From Paramoeba atlantica (Eukaryota; Protista; Discosea), in assembly GCA_977017575.1 (NCBI GenBank), contig CDRNVI010000239.1, positions 1 to 21,942 on the forward strand: 21,942 nucleotides of DNA, given 5' to 3'. This document shows positions 9,276 to 21,942 of the stretch, piece by piece. Positions within the stretch are counted from its first letter, which is position 1. Each line of letters starts with the position of its first letter. Position numbers and translations under genes: made by a program. Under the pieces are notes generated by a model that saw only the letters and a program-made list of their open reading frames with translations, made no database searches and had not been told where the DNA came from.

Positions 9276-10514
9276 ATGGCCAATCTCGTTTTCTCGCTCT
9301 TCCTTCTTCCCTTCCTCCTTTTCTTTCGTTCATCTACTTGTTATGTTTGCGGGACTGATTACTCAGGAGAAACATTGCGCATGGTAGGTCCAGACCAATA
9401 CATCTGTATGTTTTCCTCCTATAGTTTTTTAAACCAACAAGCCTATTACGGTGTTCCTTTCACCCAGTATCAAGCTGACCGGAACGCTATCGAGTTCATC
9501 TTGCCCACAGATGAATTCACTTCTGGGGCTTTCGACATTGGTGGGAGTACCCTGGCGATTACCCATTCCTTTGACTACCATTACAGTTGCCACGAATGGT
9601 CTTTTTCAATTGATTGGACAATTCCGGTTTCTAAGAGTTTTGACGATCTCATGGAACGTGCGAATGGAGAGAGCACCTTCACCTGGTACCCCACCCAAGA
9701 CGATTTAAGCCAACCTCCCTGGTCTTTCCTGCCTGCCGACCTCCGCTCGAAATTCGAAAATATGCTCTACCTTGGCTGGGCTATGAATGACGAAGGTACT
9801 GATGTAGAAAGTTGTTTATTGATCATCGAACTCCCCGAAATTCCAACATCGCTCGATCGTTACGGCATCCTTTGGGTAGACGAATCTGCGGAAGAACACC
9901 GCTTAGCCACCAATCTGCCAGTGGATGGGTATGGCACTCCCGACTTCACCTTCAATTTTCCTGCGGCTGTTTACACCGACCAAGGATATGAGGAGTACTC
10001 CATTCAAGCCTGTACTGGTTCCCTTCCAATCTGCTGGTGTTTTACTCCCAACCCAAGCTCCTCTTCATCCACCCCACTGATGCAACTAAGCGCATTATAC
10101 AAGAATGGAGCGATCGTCTCTGGTCAGCTCCTTCAACTCTCCGAAGCAAACACCCCTTCTTGCTACTCCAGTGTCTACATTTCGTGGAGCTACCCCACTG
10201 GGGCACGAACATATTTCCGAAAGACATCAGACTCGAGTTGCAGTAGTAATGACATTCAGGAGGACCAGACATGCGTGGGAGATCAATTCGCCAATGCCAT
10301 CAGCAGTTGCACTGAACCAGCCGATCATTACCCTATGACAGATTATCATTTTAATGATCCAGAAGCTACTTGTTGTGGGAGGTTGAGTGGAGAAACCGAG
10401 AACACTGATAGAGAACGAGTGATGAATCAACAAATGAAAGTCACTTCCATTGATGTTGATTGGGCCTCCCCAGATTGGTCCTCTTATGTGACATGGTGTT
10501 CCAGGGTTGGTTAA
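9276..10514 (+). CDS. Intronless Cys-rich secreted protein of unknown function (412 aa)
   Basis: 1239-nt single ORF. Signal-peptide-like N-terminus MANLVFSLFLLPFLLFFRSSTC; about 15 Cys; no recognisable domain. Confidence 0.8.
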   Translation: MANLVFSLFLLPFLLFFRSSTCYVCGTDYSGETLRMVGPDQYICMFSSYSFLNQQAYYGVPFTQYQADRNAIEFILPTDEFTSGAFDIGGSTLAITHSFDYHYSCHEWSFSIDWTIPVSKSFDDLMERANGESTFTWYPTQDDLSQPPWSFLPADLRSKFENMLYLGWAMNDEGTDVESCLLIIELPEIPTSLDRYGILWVDESAEEHRLATNLPVDGYGTPDFTFNFPAAVYTDQGYEEYSIQACTGSLPICWCFTPNPSSSSSTPLMQLSALYKNGAIVSGQLLQLSEANTPSCYSSVYISWSYPTGARTYFRKTSDSSCSSNDIQEDQTCVGDQFANAISSCTEPADHYPMTDYHFNDPEATCCGRLSGETENTDRERVMNQQMKVTSIDVDWASPDWSSYVTWCSRVG

Positions 10515-10602
10515 AACCTGTATTTAAAAATATTTTATTTCATAAAACAATCTTCTTTTTTGATCTTGAGCTCTTTGAAGAGAAATTTATTTTTTTAGAA
10601 TT

Positions 10603-13600
10603 TTAGTAGCGAGTTGAAAGAAATTGTCCATGTTCAACTCCACGACTCAAAAAAACATCAGACATTCCAATGTCATAAGGTTTCTCTTCTTGTTTTTCTT
10701 TTGCCATTCCAACCTTTTTGAAAAAAAAAAAAAAGTCAACCAACCACCAAGAAAAATGAAATTGAAAAATGAAAAAAAAAGAGAGAGAAAAACCTTGAGA
10801 AATTGACGAGTGGAACATTTGCGGCAAGGATCTTTTGGGTAAGCTCTTTGATAAGTGTGTGTCCTCAAACCGCACTCTACACATTTGAAGAATCTTTTTT
10901 TCACTTTGATCTAAGATATTGAATATTATTTTTGGAAGGATTATATTTTCTTAAGATAAAAATAAGAGAAAATGAAATCAAATGGAAACATTATGTTGAA
11001 GTTCATGCTTTAAGCTGTGGCACAATTTTGCAGGTTTTTGATCCATATATCCACAAGTTAGACATTTGACAACATTTGTATCTATCTCATGGGTTTGTTG
11101 TAATTCTTCAGCTCTCTCTTCTTTCTCAATAAGGTTCTGATTTTTTTTTCAAAAAGAAAATTACAAAAAACTGCACTCCCACCCCTTCTTTAAAAAAAAA
11201 AAACCTCAAGTTTATCGAGTTCAGCTTGAAATTCACTCTGAGAAGCACTATCATTAAATTGAGACTTTTGGTTCAATAGCTTCTTTCTCTCCTCTTCACT
11301 CAAAACAAATTTCTCTTTTGATGGTGGTGTTGATATTTTCGCGGTTACTTTTGAACGGATTTGTGTTGTTGTTGTTGGTTGAACTGGAGAGCCCTTCTTG
11401 AGTAAATCAAGGACATTAAATAATGGAGAGTTTGTTGAAGGAGAGTTTGTGGAAGTGTTGGAGACAGTCGTAGGCGAAATGGAAGAAGAAGTCGCTGGCA
11501 AAGCAGAAGAGGAAAGAATTTCATTTTTTTCCGCAAGAGCTTTTTCGAGCTTCTTTTTTGTAGCTTCATTTCTTTTTTCATCCTTTGAGAGTGGTCTATC
11601 AAAAAGATCTTGTTTTTAGAAAAGATGAATCATCTTTTTCTTCTCCAAATGTGATTTGTCTTACCTCGTTTCAGGGTCTTCTTGATAGATATTGAGTGAA
11701 ATCAATGATCCAGCATCTCTTCCAAGTTTTGGCACTTTGTTCAACTCCTATAAAACAAAAGAGAGAGAGAGAGAGTAAATCAGATTTTCTATCCTTTCAA
11801 CAACAAACAAAAGAAAGAAAGGGGAACTTGTGAGGAATGAGAAGGTAATTTTGGTAACGGCATATTTGGGTGCAAAAATCCACCTGATGATGCAATTCTC
11901 CTTTGTAATACCTATGAAGAATATTCTTGAATATTTCAACTCTTCCTTTTTTTCAACCTACCTTTTTTTTTTCAAGAAAAACAAAAAAGAAAGTTCCAAC
12001 CTTTTTTCCAAGAACATCATTCTCCATTTTTTCTTTCTCTGTTTCAAACCCTCCAATTCGCCTCAGATTTCTTGCTCCTTGGGAACCTTTGGTGAGTGTA
12101 CTGCAGAGTGTATCTATGGCTGGAGTATTTTATGGTGTCAGTATTTATATCATACAAGTTCAGGAGAATATATATTTTTTTACAAAATTACCATTGCTTC
12201 GAGTTGGAATTGTTTGGCTCCGAGACAACCCAAAAGATCCTGAACCAGGTCCCTTTTTCACGACTGCTTTCGAAGGATCAGAGTTTAATTTTTCGACTGC
12301 CTTTTGTAACAAAGTTGGGCCCTTCGATGGAGAAATAATGTGGGACAGCTTGGGTCTTTTTGTTGGGAATTCTTGGTTTGGAGGCGTCATCATTGTTCTC
12401 TTTGTTCCACTAAAGGCGTGTCCAGCAAGTGCCATACGATTGCTCTGTACAAAATGAAATGTAAATTATTTTTTTCTCGTATGAAAATAAATGAAATGGA
12501 TAAAGAGAGAGAAAAATGAAATCCCCAAACCTTGAGAGAGTCTATTTTGGTTTGATAATGAAAATGACAATATTGAGAGACTTTCGTGTGAACATACATT
12601 GAACATTTCCCTCCATCTCTTTTTTCACCCTTAAATCAAGAAAATGAGAAAAAAGAAAAAACAAAAGAAGAACAAGAAAATAATAATTGTATGTTTGTGT
12701 TAAAAAAAGTAAAAGCCACCAAAACCAAACCTGGCAAATCCCATAATAAAAAGAAGTCCCAATTTTAAGAAGAGAATATTTTCCATTTGCAATTAATGAG
12801 ACTCTAAAATGTGTTATTTTTACAATTAACATGTTGAAGAAATTTATTATGAATAAACCAAATCAAATTAGAAAAAGAAAAGATTCAAAGAAAGATTCTT
12901 TGATACAAACCCGTGACTACGTGAAGAACTGACACGAGGAGAGAGAACACCAAGAACCAATCCACAATTCTCCTTCCAAAATTCGTCCAAGACATCAGAA
13001 TAAAGAAAAAGAGAAATCTCAGTTTGTTTTTCTCGACTTTTTCCTTCAAATGAAGAAAGAGTCCAAATCATATATTTCTTTCCTGTACAATCAGGGGAAA
13101 AAGAAATAAAAAACATCATAAATTAAATTGAATTGAATGAAAAATGAAACAAGAAAACAGAAATTTGTTTTTGTTGAAAAAAGTAGAACCTGATGAAGAA
13201 TGAAGAGGTTGTGATTTTTTGACGAGAACTCCAACAGTAAACCAACTTTCAGAAAATTTCATTTCAACTTCTTTTCTATCTGCTCCCTCTTTTATTTTTT
13301 TCAAAATTCAATGAGAATGAAATGGAAAGATTGAAACAAAAGAAAGAGAGAGAAGAAAAAAAAAACTTGCAGAATCCAAATGGCAATTTTGATCAATATT
13401 TCCAATTTTCAAAAACTTTTTACCATTCAAAAACTCATCAACAGTTTTCTCTGCCAAAATTCGATCTCTTAAAACAATTTCTGTGTTTTTTTCTTTACTT
13501 TTGATCTCGTCAATCTTTGGTTCCGTTTTCTATCAGAGGAAAAGAGAAAGAGAGAGAAGAAGAAGAGATGAGAAAGAAAGAAAAATAATTCACACAACAA

Positions 13601-14533
13601 ACAATTTTTGAAAAAAAAAAAAACCCAAATTGATGGCGGTGGAGTAGGGGAAGGGGAAGAAGAAGAAGAAGAAGAAGAAGAATGAGAAGAATATCCTTTT
13701 GTTTTTCGAAGTAATTTTTTCAAATCATTTTCTGGAGGATAATTCTTTTTCATTCCTTTTCCTCTTCCTCCTCCCTCTTGTCTTTTCCTCTCTCTTTCTC
13801 TTCGAACTTTCTCTTCTCTCTTTATTTCTTTTTGTTCTGTCTTTTTCTCGATTCGTTGTTCTTTTGTTTTCTCTCCTGTATCTTTTGAAGAAGAGAGAAT
13901 TTGGCGAATTTTGAGGCGATGGCCAAGTGGGATTTGAAGATCAGTTTTCAAATCTTCATCTGTTAGCTCTTTGAACAATTCCTTGTTTTTTGAATCAGGA
14001 AAAATGAAACAAAGAGAAATGAAAAAGAAAAAGAGAAAGAAAAAAAGAAAAAAAGAGAAAAGAGAAAGAAAAAAAAGAGAAAAAAAAAACCAGAGAATCA
14101 ACACAAAGAGAAAGAAGACGATTTGTATATCCAATGGCATAATCAGAAGGAATGCCAACTTCCATCATCTTTTTATAAATCTCTAATTATCAGGAAAAAA
14201 AAAGATTTATTATTTTTATATTATCTTATTTCAATAATCAAATAATATTAAGAATCTTTCTCTTTTCTTTTTTTTTATCTCTTCTTTGGAATCTTCTTTC
14301 TTTCTTTCTTTCTCTCTTTTCAGTTTTTTTATCGAAAAAATAATCATACCTGAATTCAAAATTTTCTCATTCTCTCCATTTTTCTTTTCTTCTTGAAGAT
14401 TGCTTTCTCCGTTGCCCTCTTCCCCTTCTCCTTCCCCTTCTTCTCCTTCTTCTCCTTCTTTCTCTTTCTCTTCTCCTTCTTGATCAAAATCAAGCAAAGA
14501 TAAAAGAAGATCTTCATCAGTTTCTTCTTCCAT
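10603..14533 (-). CDS. MCM10: DNA replication factor MCM10, about 16 exons, with an N-terminal SAM-like insert
   Basis: Motifs appear in Mcm10 order: MEEETDEDLLLSLL; OB fold (WFTVGVLVKK, YMIWTL, SLFLY...WKE); CCCH finger (GICQ|GEKRDGGKC...YCHFH); SNRM; GARNL; PKLGR; C-terminal zinc domain (KCLTCGY...LC...H, KRFFKCVECG...CRKC, VGMAKEK...RGVEHGQFL). Most GT-AG junctions were checked for phase. Confidence 0.92.
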
Positions 14534-14960
14534 TTTTTTTTTTTTCAAAACCCTTCTTTTCCAAAAATTATTCTTCTCTTTTCAAAATAATTCCCTTTTT
14601 TTCTCTGTAGAAGAAGAAAAAATCAAAAGGAAAAAAAGAAAGGAAAAAAAGAAAACCATTTTCAAAAAATCAAAAAATCAAAAAAAAAAAACGGACAAAA
14701 ATCTGAAAAGATTCTCTGATTTTGGAGTTTTTTTTGTTTGTCTCTTTTTCTTTTCCGTGGTTCTCCGAAAGAGAAAAGGGCTGGCCTTCTTCGATTGGAT
14801 TTTATTCTTATTCTTTTTCATGATAAACTTGAATCACGAAAAAGAATAAGGGAAAAAAGAAAAAGAAAAAGAGATGAAGAGAGAAAAAGATATTTTTTGG
14901 GTTGACTCCCACCACACGTTGTGTCGAGGGGACTGATATTTCGCCACACATTTAGAACCC

Positions 14961-16069
14961 CTACACAACGAAAATAGGTCGGAGATTTTGGTCAAAAATG
15001 TATCTCTCCGAAGTATAATTCGAACGAATGAGAGTAGTCCCAGATGGAGAGAGTTGGAGGTCAGAATATTGATTTGCTGCACCATTTGAATGGTTTGTTC
15101 TTGTCATCTTCTTGTTTTTCAGGTCGAGCTTGACGTTGAAACAGATGCGAGTCCCTCCAGCTGAACGACAATCAACATATGCATCAATGACTTTGTTTTT
15201 AAGATCACACCGGATGTTGCTCAACGTCCCCTACCAATTCAAAAATCATTGATTGTATATTCAGCTTAAACTAAAACTTTTGGATCTCTTCTCTTTTTTG
15301 GAAGTAAAAAAAAAACCTTCCAATTGCTGGCGTCATTGTTGAGAAACTCCCCTTTCAACACAGGAACAATCTCACTTGCCCCTTTTGTAGAGAGCTTGAG
15401 TGGTTTCACATTCTTAATTGTGGTTGAAACTGACCATTGGAGCGCGGTTGCAAACACTTGTGGGTTGATAAGTGGTTGAAGAATCTCTTCTGGGGTTATC
15501 TGACGAATAATAACAAAAATTGGAATGTAATGAACTTTTGTCTCATTGTCGAAGGTAATCGCTTGGCAAGTGGTCTGTGAGACAACAAGGCTTTGGGAGT
15601 TGGGGGGGAAGTATCGTTGTGAATTGGTCTTGGAGAAGGATTGGTGGAATGAATCCCCCACAACGTTCATGATGGTGTGAGAGGTCGTTTTCTCAAGTGC
15701 ATAACTGAGTGTTGATTGTACTTCGTATATTCCTTTAAAAGTACCTTTCGCAGTGACTGAAAGGGACCCGAGCCTGAAGATGGAAAAAAATTTATCAATG
15801 GAAAAATATTTTTCTTTTGAAAGTATCAAAATTTCACTCATTCAAAAATATTGGAACTTACTTCTTCCAGGTGGTGTTGTCTGTCACGCTGTTGACAACT
15901 TTTTTCGCTGCAGATAAAGGTTTCATTCAGAAAGAAAGAAAAAGGAAAAAAAAAAAGGAAAGAAAAACTCACCTTCATCAGTAGCGTGGGTCTCTGAGAA
16001 CGTAAACTCACCAGGTCCGATATGAAGAATTGAATAGAAGTAACACAATCCAGTCTGGTGATCTGCCAT
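14961..16069 (-). CDS. Ser/Thr-rich beta-type protein, possibly aerolysin/ETX-MTX2-like (4 exons: 16069-15973, 15907-15862, 15773-15317, 15230-14961; 289 aa)
   Basis: Three phase-consistent GT-AG introns give one open 870-nt CDS. The gene model is solid; the family call is only a pattern-level inference. Confidence 0.7.
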
Positions 16070-16237
16070 CTTTCAATGATCTGGTTTGTTGAAAAAAAAA
16101 AACCAAACTCCACCTCATTTTTTCGATGATGGGAAATTTCTGCCAAATTTCGGTGATTTTTAGAGGAAATTCGAAAAACTTTTCAGGGAAATGGCTTTTT
16201 TGTTTTCCAAAATTATTTTTTTATTTCTCAAAAAACA

Positions 16238-17207
16238 ATGTCGTTGGACTTTGGAAAACAAGAAGATCTATTGGGTGTTGATGAAATCCTGATTGGGAAA
16301 CCTTCCTCACAAACCAACCCCCCCTTCCGCCCTCCTTCTTCGGGGGTTCCATCACCAACACCAACACCAACACCAACACCAACAATAACACCGACACCGA
16401 CACCAACACCAACATTAACACTAACAGAGACAGAGCGATTGATTGGAGTTCCTGACTTTAGCCAACCACCCAACTTTTGCAACCCCCCTTATCGACCCAC
16501 TGACACATGTTTCTCAACAACACCAACACCGACACCAACACCAACACCAACACCAACACCGACACCAACAGGAGCCTATCCTCATTACTCCCCATCTCCA
16601 ATCTCTCCAACTGGGGATGTGAGTTTAACAACTGGCCGAGTGGATGTTGGTTTATGTCATCAAGTGGATGCTCGGACAACCAACTGCACCACCGTTGGTG
16701 TGGATCCAACTGCAATTCACCACAAAGTGGCAATCACAAAGCACCCTGATGGAAGCAAACCAGGTATTTTTTTCTTTCCTTTCCCTCTTTTCAGGCCTTC
16801 CCTTTTTCAACTTTAAAAAAATAGGGAATGGACCATCTTACACAGCCTCATCCGGACCGATCAACAACAAGGGTGATGTTACAAAGTGCAAGACCGTCCA
16901 GGACACACTCTTCACAAGAGTGGATCTGTGCACAACCCAATCACCAGACGGAAGCACCACAAACGCGGTTGACACGGCTTACAAAGTGGGACCTATGGCT
17001 GCAGCTGTGGGTGCTGCTGTTGCTGTTGGTGGTGCAGTGGTGGTTGGTGGTCCTGCTGTTGCTACTGGGCTTGCTACTGCGGCCACAGCTTTCGCTCCAG
17101 CTTTTGGAGGGGAAAATCCACACCCAGTGGAGTTGCCTTCGAAAACTTCTTTTACTTGTCCTGAACCCACTCCTGTTTCGCTTCCTCCTCCAACTGGACT
17201 GAAATAA
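16238..17207 (+). CDS. Pro-Thr repeat protein with a C-terminal Ala/Gly/Val hydrophobic segment (exons 16238-16763 and 16825-17207; 302 aa)
   Basis: A phase-1 GT-AG intron (16764-16824) joins two long open frames. Two (PT)n tracts; segment MAAAVGAAVAVGGAVVVGGPAVATGLATAATAF. Confidence 0.75.
16352..16569 (+). repeat. Two coding hexamer tracts (CCAACA/CCGACA)n encoding PT repeats
   Basis: Tracts at about 16352-16420 and 16519-16569. Confidence 0.9.
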
Positions 17208-17877
17208 ATTCTTTCAAAAAAAAAAAAACGTTACCAACGCCATCTAATCAATCCCTCATCTCCTTGTGGAGTGGAGATGCAGGTCCTTCTCCAGGAGGTT
17301 TTGGATGTTCCCAACAAAAATTTTTCAAGAAAGCAAGAAACAATCAACCAGAGAAAAAAGACTCAATCCAGGAAGGAACCAATCAACCAATCAAGAGGAA
17401 CAACAGACACTTAAACTCATCACCTTGTCCGATTCTCTTGGAGACGTTCTCTTTCTTCCTGTAACCTCCTCCCCAGGTCAAGTCTGTCACTTCCTTCTTT
17501 CATTCAATTGTTGCAAAGAAGATATCAAGTGAAGGTCCCTCGGCTTTCCTTCTCTTCCTGTCTTGACTTTGATGATCTCTCAAAACCTCCATCTTCCTTA
17601 CCTAGAATTGAACCAGGGACCAACACACACTTTGATATCTCTGCTGCCTCTGAATCCCACTCTCCTTTCTTTGAAAACCCATTACCCTCAAATCTTTCCC
17701 AGTTTGAACTGAAAAAAGAAAAAAAAGAATGTTTTGCTTCTCAGCTCAGCGTCCCCAGATTTTAGCCCTGGCGTTCAACCCACAAAAAAGTCCTTTTTCT
17801 TCGAATTTTTTCTTTTTTTTTCTTCGAATTGTGCTGTTTGTTTGTTTTTCTTTTTTTTGGTTTTGTGTTTTCAAAAG

Positions 17878-18694
17878 ATGGTGAGTCGTATCGGAGTTTG
17901 TTGGGGGATTGAATTTGTATCTTGTTTTTCAAGAAGAACTCCCTTTCGAGGATTCGCCAGTCTTGTCAATGGACGATTTTCTCCTCTTCGTGGAATAGAA
18001 CCCAAAACAACAATGATCAGAATGCAACAACAACAACAACATTTTCAAAATCAAGATGAACTGTTCAAATCACTTCGTTATTCTCTTTTTGATGAACAAG
18101 CTCGATGGATGTCCACTTCGGCTCCAAAGGAAGAACCAAAGATGATGGCTTCATTTGTTTGCAACGTAAACTTTTTTCTTGCAAATATAAAGAGGAAAGG
18201 AAGAAGAAAAGAGGAGAGGTTAGAAAATGAAAAAAAAAAAATATCAAAACAATTCTCCCACTAACCTTCTCTCTTTTCCAAAACAAAAAAAGGTTTGCCA
18301 AACAAGAAACTCACACTCATTTGCAAAGAGCAGTTATGAAAAAGGAGTTGTTCTTGCTCGTTGTCCAGGTTGTCAAAATCTTCATCTTGTTGCTGATAAT
18401 CTTGGTTGGTTTAGTAAACAGAAGAAGAATCTTGAGACTATGTTGAAGGAGAGAGGAGAAGACTATTTGAAGTTTTGTGTTTTATTTCTTTTTTATTATA
18501 ATTCTTCTTTTTTATTCTTCTTTTTTATTATCATCCTTTTTTATTCTTCTTTTTATTCTTTTTGATTTCAACTCTTTTGTTTTAATCCTTTTTCTTTTTC
18601 CTAAAAAAATAGGTTTAATGATGAAGGAACCTTTGAAGCAGCTTTAAATGACAAAATTGTCCAAGAAAGTTCAAATCAAAAAGAGGAAGAGTGA
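17878..18694 (+). CDS. DNLZ: Mitochondrial DNL-type zinc finger protein (Zim17/Tim15/Hep1); exons 17878-18165, 18293-18471, 18613-18694
   Basis: FVCN|VCQTRNSHSFAKSSYEKGVVLARCPGCQNLHLVADNLGWF matches the zf-DNL signature. Arg/Ser-rich presequence-like N-terminus. Introns are in phase; the gene ends in TGA. Confidence 0.92.
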
Positions 18695-18729
18695 AAAAAA
18701 AAAGTGTTCACTCTCTTGTTAAAAAGAAA

Positions 18730-19330
18730 AAGAAGGAAGAAATAATCTTCTTTTTTAAATTGAGGATTTCTCTTCCTCAAAAGTCGAGAGTTTCGATAGA
18801 GTTTTGTCAAAAGACATTGACCCAAAAAACATTCAACTAAAAATGGTGATGAAACAAAATCAAATCAAAACAAAAAAGAAATCTCATCTCATTTTTTTTC
18901 AAAATGAAAATGATTCAAAACAAAACCTCTTTACAAAAAAATGGAAACATCTCTAACTCCCCCAATCTCCCTCCCAATGCTCGTTTGATGTTCAGATACC
19001 TCATTGATTGTTCGACCGAAACAATCACATCAGGCCTATTTTTTTTTGATTGTACAACTTTCACGATACACTCCATTCCACTCTCCAATGAATCATTGAC
19101 CACGTGGGAGTTGTCAAAAAAATTCACAATTATTAAATCAATTGAATTTTCGGTTCAACAAAGAATTTCATCAAAATTCTGAAAATTTTCTTCGTTTCAT
19201 GTTTAATCCTTGAAGAAAAGCAGATTTTGGTGAGATATCATTGCTTGCTACTAAACCATACTCCCTCTTTCAAAACAAAACTCGACAGAGAATTTTGCTT
19301 TTGAAAATGGGGGTGCTGTGAGTCTCTGCG
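18730..19330 (-). other. Unresolved coding fragments with weak S1/OB-like character
   Basis: ORF 19127-18935 (SLESGMECIVKVVQSKKNRPDVIVSVE) splices in phase through intron 18934-18837 to another open frame. The 5' part could not be assembled without stops. Confidence 0.3.
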
Positions 19331-19512
19331 AAATCAAAAAAAATAAAATCTTTTTCAAATTTTTATTTTGTGTGTGACTCATCCAATTTTGATGAAAACT
19401 TCTTCGAAAAAAAAACATTTTTGAAGGAATCTTTTTCCTTTCTCTTTCTTTTTTCTCTTATTTTTTTGTCTCTTTTTTTTTGTTTTTGAGGGGACAGAAA
19501 AAGTTGGGAACA

Positions 19513-21942
<2,430 letters not shown>

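Noticed and set aside
16990-17100. Prion-protein-like hydrophobic core
   Set aside because: Compositional resemblance only; no other PrP features.
17540-17710. Aven-like call from SNWERFE and EWDSEA
   Set aside because: Motif spacing differs from what I recall of Aven, and no start codon or full gene model could be built.
18730-19330. TTC14-like assignment
   Set aside because: Only faint resemblance, broken frames at the 5' side and no room for TPR repeats.

Overview
Left end of an AT-rich eukaryotic chromosome, probably from an aerobic protist: standard code, short GT-AG introns (about 56-180 nt) and a mitochondrial DNL zinc-finger gene. Bases 1-931 are a (CCCTAAA)n telomere of the TTTAGGG type. 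After only about 145 bp come two related, nested cut-and-paste transposons. Element A (1077-6373) and element B (2993-5574) both begin with GGG and are flanked by AT. Each encodes a THAP + DDE_Tnp_4-type (IS5/ISL2/Harbinger-like) transposase on the minus strand and a convergent SWIM zinc-finger/Lys-Glu-rich protein on the plus strand. B sits inside A's transposase, and removing it restores A's reading frame. All four TE genes are frameshift-free but carry many premature stops, mostly TGA at apparent Arg codons, which points to CpG deamination. Host genes follow: an atypical Rab without C-terminal cysteines, a membrane protein, an intronless Cys-rich secreted protein, MCM10 with an apparent SAM domain insert, a possible aerolysin/ETX-like protein, a Pro-Thr repeat protein with a Gly/Ala-rich hydrophobic tail, DNLZ/Zim17, an unresolved S1-like gene, and a 3'-truncated type-B carboxylesterase. 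All alignments and splice models were done by eye; no database searches were run.
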